Made by a program: the position numbers and the translations under genes. A model generated the notes under the pieces. The model worked only from the letters and a program-made list of their open reading frames with translations, did no database searches and had not been told where the DNA came from. 25,855 bases of DNA from an uncultured Dehalococcoidia bacterium (GTDB taxonomy: Bacteria > Chloroflexota > Dehalococcoidia > Lucifugimonadales > UBA3495), in assembly GCA_950072105.1 (NCBI GenBank), contig CATMOE010000053.1, forward strand, positions 1-25,855. The letters are read 5' to 3'. This document shows, in pieces, positions 1-6,481 of this stretch (its first letter is position 1; each line of letters begins with the position of its first letter).

Positions 1-822
1 CGAGGTCGACGCCCTCCCTGTCCTCAGGATGACTCGTACCCAGGCGTCCTGGAACGTCTGCTGAAGGCCGCCGGGATCAAAGCCACAGTGGTCCGCGCTG
101 GAGTGGCGGACACCGGTCCCGATCAGCAACTCCGCCTTTTCAAAGAATACATACTTCCCAGGCTGAGCCCACAGATTGTAGTGTGGCAATTCTACACTAA
201 CGACACGTGGAACAATGTCTCTTTGGCAACGTATACTATCTCGTCGGTCAACACGTTGACACCCCTGGATGCGCGCTCGAATTGGTACTACCGACGGCTG
301 CGAATGTACAACTGGATACCGTTACCATCGTCAGTTAAGAAGAACAGCTACGTCGTCAACCTGTTGATGCGGCGGTATGAAAGGGAGAAGCTCTCTCAGG
401 TTCCATCTCAGCATTTGAACGATCCCCTTGCATGGGGCCGGGCCAAGATTGCATTGGAAATCGAGGAGATGCAACGACTGGCCAAGTTGAACAACTTCCG
501 TGTTTACTTCGTTCTAATCGCACCGCAAGCGTATTACCTAAGTTCCAAGAACCCACTATGGCAATGGCAGGATAATTGGTCATCCCGGGAAGGGGAGTAT
601 CAAAACCTGGGCGTCCTACTCGATGGGCAACCGATGTTCATCCGTGCCGAATTCTCCGTAAGCGATGTCGAGGATGCCACGGGAGTCCCAGTACAAGATG
701 TTGCTGACGTTATATTTGCGACAGAAACCCGGGATTCTCTTCCCGAAGGGGATCGTCACCTTAACGAAGTTGGATATGAGCTCCTCGCTCGCAAAATCGC
801 AGGACGTATCTTGACGCCTTGA
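1..822 (+). CDS. SGNH/GDSL hydrolase-family protein, 5' partial
   Basis: Frame 1 is open from base 1 (DSYPGVLERLLKAAGIKATVVRAGVADTGPDQQL). Block II Gly (RAGV), block III (FYTND) and C-terminal DxH (GDRHLNEVGYELLA) match the SGNH fold. The GDS motif would lie before the window. Confidence 0.7.
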   Translation, partial: RGRRPPCPQDDSYPGVLERLLKAAGIKATVVRAGVADTGPDQQLRLFKEYILPRLSPQIVVWQFYTNDTWNNVSLATYTISSVNTLTPLDARSNWYYRRLRMYNWIPLPSSVKKNSYVVNLLMRRYEREKLSQVPSQHLNDPLAWGRAKIALEIEEMQRLAKLNNFRVYFVLIAPQAYYLSSKNPLWQWQDNWSSREGEYQNLGVLLDGQPMFIRAEFSVSDVEDATGVPVQDVADVIFATETRDSLPEGDRHLNEVGYELLARKIAGRILTP

Positions 823-1072
823 AGGGGATTCTACTCTTAGGCGCCAAGCTGTCGTCGGTACCCGTAGGACAGTTCAAGCGAAGGGTGATATAAGGGGTAG
901 TTTGAGGTTCTTCCATGAAGAAGTTGTTCGAATAAACTTCATCCATGACTAACCAAGTGCCTGGAGTCTCCCATCCGGTAGTTGCCTTCACGAAACTATA
1001 CGGTCACCATCACACTTCACCCGCGTTCTCGGTATAAGGCGACCCTCCCCCGTCTCGACTAACCCGTCAAAG

Positions 1073-1111
1073 ATAGCTCCGAACCTGATGAGGGTTCGGA
1101 GCTATTGTTTT
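1073..1111 (+). terminator. Intrinsic terminator-like hairpin, possibly bidirectional
   Basis: Perfect 13-bp inverted repeat ATAGCTCCGAACC (1073-1085) / GGTTCGGAGCTAT (1093-1105), 7-nt loop, followed by TGTTTT; on the minus strand followed by CTTT. Confidence 0.6.
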
Positions 1112-1531
1112 CCAGGCGCATTGGGGTTTTTGACTTGGCGCCCATAAACTGAAAAAGCCCCATGAACTTGGGCTTGAGACCCACCACTGAGCCACGCTCC
1201 TTCAGATCGACGGAGACACATTCCAATAATCCGCTCAAAAGCGTGTGGCGCTCCGCCAGATTGGCCTACTCCCACAGTAACGGTAAGTTCTCCAGGAGAT
1301 GGCCTCCAGCGGCACCTTCAGGCCCGCCATAACGTCCGAAGCTTGAAGACTGTCACCAGGAGGGCGAATTCCGCCCGGACGTTGGCCAAGCCCCGAAGTA
1401 TGACTGTGCAGGCCTACAACTGTGAACCCCATCATGGCGCACCTTGTAGACGCCGGCTGAAGCTCTAGCGGCGCTTATATCCAACGGCGATAACTTAGCG
1501 CGGGTGTGGCACTTCGATCCGGCGACGCAAA

Positions 1532-1745
1532 ATGAAGCGTGAGGCAGCCAACGCAATCAAGCAGCGCTTAGGGCCGCATTTGCCCTACCTAGCCGTGTTA
1601 GGGCCGATCGCGCGGTCCGCGGGCATACCCTTGTTCCAGTTCAAACTCATGGCCGGCCTTGATTTCGTTGCGTATTGGACGCGCAGCATTGAGTTCTACC
1701 AAGGACTAAATTCCGGACAGGTGTTTCCGTGCTGGGCATCCGCAT
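1532..1745 (+). pseudogene. N-terminal fragment of a PTPS-related/GT-C membrane glycosyltransferase-like protein
   Basis: A hydrophobic segment is followed by GLDFVAYWTRSIEFYQGLNSGQVFPCWA, resembling the GxDxxxHxxRxxEFxxxLxxGxxxPRWA N-terminus of this family. Similarity ends at about aa 70 and the ORF runs into repeat DNA. Confidence 0.4.
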
Positions 1746-1859
1746 CGCCAAGCCGGCTACCACGGAACACTAAGCCCTGGCTCACGAGTTTCAGGACATT
1801 CTACGAATTCTTCGAGGGACCACCCGCTGCTTCGCGGTTTTCTCGTTGGAAACTGCTTG

Positions 1860-2030
1860 ATAGTCGACAACGACTAACGATAAAGTCGTGAAAACTCGAT
1901 AGAAAGTCGTTAGAAACCCGATGGACGGTTAACGAGAAAGTCGATGAGCGGCTAACGATAAAATCCTGAGAAGTCGATAGAAAGTCCTGAAAACTCGTTG
2001 GGGACTCGATGGGAAGCCGACGGAAACGCA
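1860..2030 (+). repeat. Degenerate ~11-bp tandem array 1 (consensus about AAA[G/C]TCGATRG)
   Basis: Unit cores at 1864, 1875, 1886, 1896, 1907, 1918, 1930, 1941, 1953, 1964, 1974, 1985, 1995, 2006, 2017, 2028: 16 units, spacing 10-12 bp, mean about 10.9. Confidence 0.85.
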
Positions 2031-2143
2031 ATATCTCAACCAGGACTCCCAAGATAGGACCTTGAGGTCCAGACCTTCGTTCACGGTGGCCCCACACTAC
2101 TCCACGACTTTTCTTTACGGGAAAAACACGGGAAGTCGTCAAC

Positions 2144-2375
2144 TTTCTCGAGGGAAAGTCGAGCAAAACTAGCGCCAAAGATGACAAAAGTTGAGGCGAA
2201 GTTGAGAAAAAGTCCCGGAGCACTGGAGGTCCTGGTGCCGAAAAGTAGAGGCCCAATCGAGACCTAAGCTCTGAATAACCCCGGAGGAGTCGAGAGGACG
2301 TTGAGAACAACCGGGACAACCCGTATGCGTTTCTCACGGGAACCGTAGAAAGCTGCGCAAAAACCGTATACGGGG
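2144..2375 (+). repeat. Degenerate ~11-bp tandem array 2 (consensus about AAAGTYGAGR), fading into AACCG/CCGTA units
   Basis: Unit cores at 2148, 2159, 2170, 2181, 2191, 2202, 2213, 2224, 2246, 2257, 2290, 2301 (e.g. AAAGTCGAG, AAAGTTGAG, GAAGTTGAG, AAAGTAGAG, GGAGTCGAG). CCGTA recurs at 2321, 2343, 2364. Confidence 0.7.
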
Positions 2376-2427
2376 TAACCCAACGTTCAACTCCTTGCAG
2401 AAAGGCTGACTCAGACCCAAATCGGGG

Positions 2428-2457
2428 TTGAATATCTCTCTACCTACCAGGGATAAT
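2428..2457 (+). promoter_or_regulatory. Putative sigma70 promoter of the integrase
   Basis: TTGAAT (2428-2433), 18 bp, GATAAT (2452-2457), ending 31 bp before the ATG at 2489. Confidence 0.45.
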
Positions 2458-2488
2458 AGTTAACATAACATTCGCCAAAGGGATACTC

Positions 2489-3757
2489 ATGAGAGGAACG
2501 ATCCTGAAACGGGCCAAGGGCTCCTGGACCATCATCGTAGATGTTGGGAAGGACTCTGACGGTAGGCGTAACCAGCAGTGGACTACGGTCAGAGGAACAA
2601 GAAAAGAAGCTGAGCGCCGGCTGGCCGAAATACTGAATAAGGTGAACAACGGGCTTTACATAAAGCCCAGCAAGAATACCTTTGGAGATTTCATAGAAAC
2701 CTGGCTTACCGACCACATATCTACCAGGGTAAGGCCGACAACGCTGGATGGCTACCGGTGGCGGGCCAAAAGCATCATAGACGCACTCGGGCACCTCAGG
2801 TTATGCGATTTGCAGCCCCATCACATCCAGGCCTACCACAGGGCCAAACTTGATGCGGGCTTATCGAGCGCGACGCTAGTCAAACACCACAACCTGCTCC
2901 GGTCTTCCCTGGCTACCGCGGTCAGGTGGAAGCTTATTGAACATAATGTGGCGGAACTGGTCGATCCACCAAGGGTGGAACATAAGGAGATGCGCGCTCT
3001 TACCGAAGAAGAGGCCAACCATCTCCTGGATAGTTGTAAGGAGACCCAGTGGTATCCGGTACTCCATACCCTAGTCTGGACCGGACTGAGAAGGTCCGAA
3101 GTCTTAGGCCTCAGGTGGGAGGACCTAGATCTGGAGGCGGCCGTCCTAAAAGTTACGAGAGTACTCCACCAATTAGGTGACGGCAGTTTCATCCAATCCG
3201 GACCCAAAACACCCAAAGCCAGACGCCAGGTAGCGTTGTTGCCGAGTTCATGCCAGGTACTCAGGGTCCGAAGGAAGATACAGGAAGAAGAGTTCTCCAC
3301 GGTGGGACTGGACATAACGCCGGAGACCCTCGTATTTTCGCACCGGGACGGGATGCCGATAAGGCCTGATTCCGTGACCCAGGCTTTCCGCCGCATCGCC
3401 GGCAAAGCTGGCCTGGAAGGTGTGAGGCTCCACGACCTGAGACACACCCACGCCACTTTACTGATGAAGTTGAACGTAAACCCCAAAGTGGTATCCGAAC
3501 GTCTGGGGCATTCCAGCGCGCGAATTACCATGGACACCTATTCCCATATGTTGCCTGGTTTGCAGGCCTCGGCGGTAGCGGGACTGGAAGGTGCCCTTGC
3601 ACCGAAGGTAGCTATGAACCCGGCCGTTAGCAGACTGTTAGCAAGGCTCATAAATAAAGGCCCAGGGAAGATACCCTGGACCTTATCTATGCCTAGAAAT
3701 GGTACGCTTGGTGGGATTCGAACCCACGACCTCTGCCTCCGCAGGGCAGCGCTCTAA
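2489..3757 (+). CDS. int: Tyrosine recombinase/integrase (ICEBs1/phage type: arm-binding, SAM-like and catalytic domains)
   Basis: N-terminal MRGTILKRAKGSWTIIVD arm-binding domain. Catalytic motifs TGLRRSEVLGLRW (R), GPKT (K), HDLRHTHA (HxxR), LGHS (H) and TMDTYSH (Y) are all intact. Confidence 0.95.
   Translation: MRGTILKRAKGSWTIIVDVGKDSDGRRNQQWTTVRGTRKEAERRLAEILNKVNNGLYIKPSKNTFGDFIETWLTDHISTRVRPTTLDGYRWRAKSIIDALGHLRLCDLQPHHIQAYHRAKLDAGLSSATLVKHHNLLRSSLATAVRWKLIEHNVAELVDPPRVEHKEMRALTEEEANHLLDSCKETQWYPVLHTLVWTGLRRSEVLGLRWEDLDLEAAVLKVTRVLHQLGDGSFIQSGPKTPKARRQVALLPSSCQVLRVRRKIQEEEFSTVGLDITPETLVFSHRDGMPIRPDSVTQAFRRIAGKAGLEGVRLHDLRHTHATLLMKLNVNPKVVSERLGHSSARITMDTYSHMLPGLQASAVAGLEGALAPKVAMNPAVSRLLARLINKGPGKIPWTLSMPRNGTLGGIRTHDLCLRRAAL
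3626..3643 (+). repeat. Putative integrase arm-type binding sites
   Basis: Direct repeat GTTAGCA at 3626-3632 and 3637-3643 (11-bp spacing), between the integrase core and the tRNA 3' end. Confidence 0.5.
3650..3684 (-). terminator. Intrinsic terminator for the tRNA transcript
   Basis: Minus strand AAGGTCCAGGG-TATCTT-CCCTGGGCCTT (11-bp stem, one G-U pair) followed by TATTTAT, 15 nt past the tRNA-Arg CCA. Confidence 0.65.
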
Positions 3758-3776
3758 TCCGCTGAGCTACAAGCGC
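3700..3776 (-). tRNA. tRNA-Arg(GCG)
   Basis: Reverse complement GCGCTTGTAGCTCAGCGGATTAGAGCGCTGCCCTGCGGAGGCAGAGGTCGTGGGTTCGAATCCCACCAAGCGTACCA. Anticodon arm CTGCC-CT-GCG-GA-GGCAG, A20 Arg determinant, encoded CCA. Confidence 0.95.
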
Positions 3777-3782
3777 ATTTTG

Positions 3783-3846
3783 TAGCCTTCAGCTGTCAGC
3801 GATCAGCGTTCAGGAATTAAGCTGGTTACTGCCGGCCGAAAAGCTC
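3783..3846. repeat. Heptamer (nnTCAGC) palindromic repeat element
   Basis: CTTCAGC-TGTCAGC-GATCAGC-GTTCAGG followed by degenerate complementary GCTG units; 3784-3804 is 19/21 identical to 23614-23634. Confidence 0.6.
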
Positions 3847-3849
3847 TGG

Positions 3850-3935
3850 TGGTGCCGAGGGAGGGATTTGAACCCACACATCCGTAAGGACACTGCGCCC
3901 TGAACGCAGCGCGTCTGCCGTTCCGCCACCTCGGC
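3850..3935 (-). tRNA. tRNA-Leu(CAG)
   Basis: Reverse complement GCCGAGGTGGCGGAACGGCAGACGCG, anticodon arm CTGCG-TT-CAG-GG-CGCAG, long variable arm, GGTTCAAATCC, ending CCTCGGCACCA. Confidence 0.95.
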
Positions 3936-3960
3936 AACATGGTGCCCGGTCATTGGTACA

Positions 3961-4036
3961 TGGTGGGCGATGGAGGATTTGAACCTCCGGCCTCCTCGGT
4001 GTGAACGAGGCGCTCTAACCACTGAGCTAACCGCCC
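3961..4036 (-). tRNA. tRNA-Val(CAC)
   Basis: Reverse complement GGGCGGTTAGCTCAGTGGTTAGAGCG, anticodon arm CCTCG-TT-CAC-AC-CGAGG, GGTTCAAATCC, ending ATCGCCCACCA. Confidence 0.95.
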
Positions 4037-4055
4037 CTCCGTTTGGGCAGCTTCA

Positions 4056-4084
4056 ATTATAGGCACGCCACGTAGCTAGCGCAA
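4056..4084 (-). promoter_or_regulatory. Sigma70 promoter of the tRNA cluster
   Basis: Minus strand TTGCGC, 17 bp, TATAAT, ending 19 nt upstream of tRNA-Val. Confidence 0.75.
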
Positions 4085-4155
4085 CCCCGGTACAGCAGGA
4101 ATCAGAGGCGACGCCATCGTGATTCTTCCCCATTGGGATCCCCGGATGCGGAATT

Positions 4156-4183
4156 GGTTGACATAACTTTATCTGACATAACT
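4156..4183 (-). other. Degenerate dif-like site (XerD-like arm) / TGACATAACT direct repeat
   Basis: Minus strand AGTTATGTCAG-ATAAAG-TTATGTCAACC. The right arm matches the E. coli XerD arm TTATGTTAAAT at 8/11; the left arm is poor. Lies 5 bp from the SDR stop codon. Confidence 0.35.
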
Positions 4184-4188
4184 ATGAG

Positions 4189-4938
4189 TTACTGAGCGGT
4201 CATACCTCCGTCGATCACCAGTTCACTTCCGGTGACGAAGGAGGATTCGTCCGAGGCCAGATAAAGGATCCCAGACGCGATGTCCTCGGGAAGGCCCATG
4301 CGTCCCAGGGGTGTCGCGGCCACGCGGGCCTCCCGGATCTCCGGTTGTTCGTGATAGGACTCGGTCATCGGGCTATCGACGAATCCGGGATGTACCGAGT
4401 TGACCCTTATCCCGTCTTTGGCGTACTGGATCGCGGCGGACTTGGTGAAGATCCTTACTGCGCCCTTCGACGCGTGATAACTGGCGCCTGAATCGCTTCC
4501 CACCAGACCGTAGATCGAAGAGATATTTATGATAGAGCCGCCGCCGGCCTGGCGCATGACCGGAATGGCCAGCTTTGCGCCTAGGAATACCCCCTTGGCG
4601 TTGACCGCCATGACCCGGTCCCAAAGTTCGACCGAAGTTTCTTCGACGATAAACCGGCCGCTGATGCCGGCGTTGTTTACCAGCACGTCTAATTTTCCAT
4701 AAGCGCTAACCGCGGCATCGATCGCTCGACGCCAATCATCCTCGCTGGTGACGTCCATGGCCACGAACATCGCCCGGCCACCGGAATCGATGATCTGTGA
4801 CGCGGTTTCCCGGCCCTCGTCCTCCAGCAAGTCCCCGATGACCACGGCGGATCCTTCCCGGGCCAACAGCCGAGCGGCCGCCCCACCGATGCCCCGGGCC
4901 CCGCCACTGATCAGTGCTACCTTACCGGCAACTCGCAT
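4189..4938 (-). CDS. Short-chain dehydrogenase/reductase (3alpha,20beta-HSD / cyclopentanol dehydrogenase-like)
   Basis: SGGARGIG Rossmann motif, NNAG, catalytic YHASK. ATG at 4938 with GAGGAG 8 nt upstream. Confidence 0.92.
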   Translation of the reverse strand: MRVAGKVALISGGARGIGGAAARLLAREGSAVVIGDLLEDEGRETASQIIDSGGRAMFVAMDVTSEDDWRRAIDAAVSAYGKLDVLVNNAGISGRFIVEETSVELWDRVMAVNAKGVFLGAKLAIPVMRQAGGGSIINISSIYGLVGSDSGASYHASKGAVRIFTKSAAIQYAKDGIRVNSVHPGFVDSPMTESYHEQPEIREARVAATPLGRMGLPEDIASGILYLASDESSFVTGSELVIDGGMTAQ

Positions 4939-5167
4939 TTTCAAATCTCCTCGAGACCGTCATTTTTTCTTGATAAAAAATAGCTCGCGTGGACCACAGG
5001 GCCGGAAATCGCCGGAAAACCCCCTTAAATCGCGCGACAGAGGCCCGCCTGAAAATTTTGTCGGATCTGGTAATTGTTTAGCTAAATGTTCGGGCTATCG
5101 ATTATGACCCTGGAAGGCCGGGGCGGGTAGACATTTATTATGTAAAGAGGGTTGGAGGTAAGAGGAA

Positions 5168-5195
5168 ACCTTACATAACGTATCTTGTGCGAACC
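5168..5195 (-). other. dif-like XerCD recombination site
   Basis: Minus strand GGTTCGCACAA-GATACG-TTATGTAAGGT: 9/11 to the E. coli XerC arm GGTGCGCATAA and 8/11 to the XerD arm TTATGTTAAAT, with 11-6-11 architecture, intergenic. Confidence 0.7.
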
Positions 5196-5254
5196 AACCC
5201 CAATTACTTTTATTACCGCGCTCGTCGCTTTGTTGCTGGGTCTGTTACTTAGTG

Positions 5255-6481
5255 TCAGTAGTTGGTGGACCCGCCGACGGCCAGCAACGGTTTGTCTATG
5301 GCCATCAACTGGGCCTCGATCTCTTGCAATAGCGAGTCCATGTTCCAGCCCTTGGCCGCTGATATGAAGACCTTGTTCTGATCCTGCCTTCCCAGGGATG
5401 CCGGCGCGCCGGAGCCATCGGACTCATCGGATGCCTGGGGGAGGAGGTCCATCTTGTTCAGCACCAGCAACCGGGGTTTGTCTTCAAGACCCAATTCCCT
5501 CAGCGTTGTTTCCACCACGTCGGCTTGCTCCGCGGATTTCGGGTGAGTTATGTCCACCACGTGAAGTAAAAGGTCGGACTCGGAAAGTTCTTCCAGGGTG
5601 GCCCGGAAGGCGGCTACCACGGTGGGCGAGAGCTTCTGGATGAATCCGACGGTGTCGGTCAAGAGCATTGGGCCGCCGGAGGGCAGTCTGATGCGCCGGG
5701 TCACCGGGTCAAGGGTGGAGAACAGTTGGTCTGCGACATCGACTTTGGTCCTTCCGCCGGAAGGACTCAAGGCGTTGAATAGGGTGCTTTTGCCGGCGTT
5801 CGTGTAGCCGACCAAGCTGACGATGGGAATGCTGGCGCTTTTGCGGCGCCCCATTTGGAGGGTGCGGCGGCGGCGTACGCCTTCCAAATCCCGAGTGATT
5901 TTTTGGATGCGCTTGCGGATCAAGCGGCGGTCGGTCTCCAACTGGGTTTCACCCGGCCCCCTGGTCCCGATTCCACCCCCGAGACGCTCCAAGTGAGACC
6001 ATTGGCCGACCAAGCGGGGCAACAGATATTGGTGTTGGGCCAATTCAACTTGGAGCTTGCCTTCGTAGGTGCGGGCGTGCCTGCCAAATACGTCGAGAAT
6101 CAGGGCGGTCCGGTCGATAACTTTGACTTCCAGAGCGCTTTCCACGTTGCGCTGTTGGGTGGGCGTGAGCTCGTCATCGAAGATAACAACCCCGGCCTCG
6201 GTCTCAGCCACCAGTTCGTTGATCTCTTCCAGCTTACCTTTGCCCACATAAGTATGCGCGTAACGGTCGGACCGCTGAGTGATTTGCCCGACAACCTCTG
6301 CCCCGGCGGTCTCAGTCAGGTAGGCCAGTTCCCTGAGGGTGTCCTCCAAACTCCACTGGTTGCGGCGGTTTCTCAGCTCCATCGCCACCAGGATGGCACG
6401 TTCGGACTCAACCGTTAGGGAGGCAGTCTCCTCGGCGGCTTGTTCAGCCGCCCTGCGGCGCCGGGATTTTCCAGCCTTCAA
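5255..6481 (-). CDS. hflX: Ribosome-splitting GTPase HflX
   Basis: [20 protein letters not shown]1 [27 protein letters not shown]. The TTG start overlaps the dapL end and is uncertain. Confidence 0.95.
   Translation of the reverse strand: MKAGKSRRRRAAEQAAEETASLTVESERAILVAMELRNRRNQWSLEDTLRELAYLTETAGAEVVGQITQRSDRYAHTYVGKGKLEEINELVAETEAGVVIFDDELTPTQQRNVESALEVKVIDRTALILDVFGRHARTYEGKLQVELAQHQYLLPRLVGQWSHLERLGGGIGTRGPGETQLETDRRLIRKRIQKITRDLEGVRRRRTLQMGRRKSASIPIVSLVGYTNAGKSTLFNALSPSGGRTKVDVADQLFSTLDPVTRRIRLPSGGPMLLTDTVGFIQKLSPTVVAAFRATLEELSESDLLLHVVDITHPKSAEQADVVETTLRELGLEDKPRLLVLNKMDLLPQASDESDGSGAPASLGRQDQNKVFISAAKGWNMDSLLQEIEAQLMAIDKPLLAVGGSTNY

Larger units (their letters stand above)
1..3720. 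mobile_element. Right end of a tRNA-Arg-integrated element/genomic island; left end lies outside the window
   Basis: Tyrosine integrase abuts the 3' end of tRNA-Arg. Arm-site-like repeats and a terminator lie between the integrase core and the tRNA, and the cargo is accessory or decayed. No duplicated tRNA 3' fragment was seen within the window. Confidence 0.7.

Noticed and set aside
761..1556. Short minus-strand ORFs (76, 66 and 67 aa)
   Set aside because: No recognisable motifs or RBS support; cannot be told apart from chance ORFs.
1801..2337. 178-aa minus-strand ORF
   Set aside because: S/R/L/F-rich product of the 11-bp repeat arrays, with no protein-like motifs and a period not divisible by 3.
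1860..2375. CRISPR array
   Set aside because: Units are contiguous, about 11 bp and degenerate, with no unique spacers and no cas genes.
3743..3757. Integrase ending RRAAL as an ssrA-like degron
   Set aside because: The residues are dictated by the antisense tRNA sequence and do not end in AA; no independent support.
3810..4022. 70-aa ORF over the tRNA cluster
   Set aside because: Translation of tRNA-Val and tRNA-Leu sequence.
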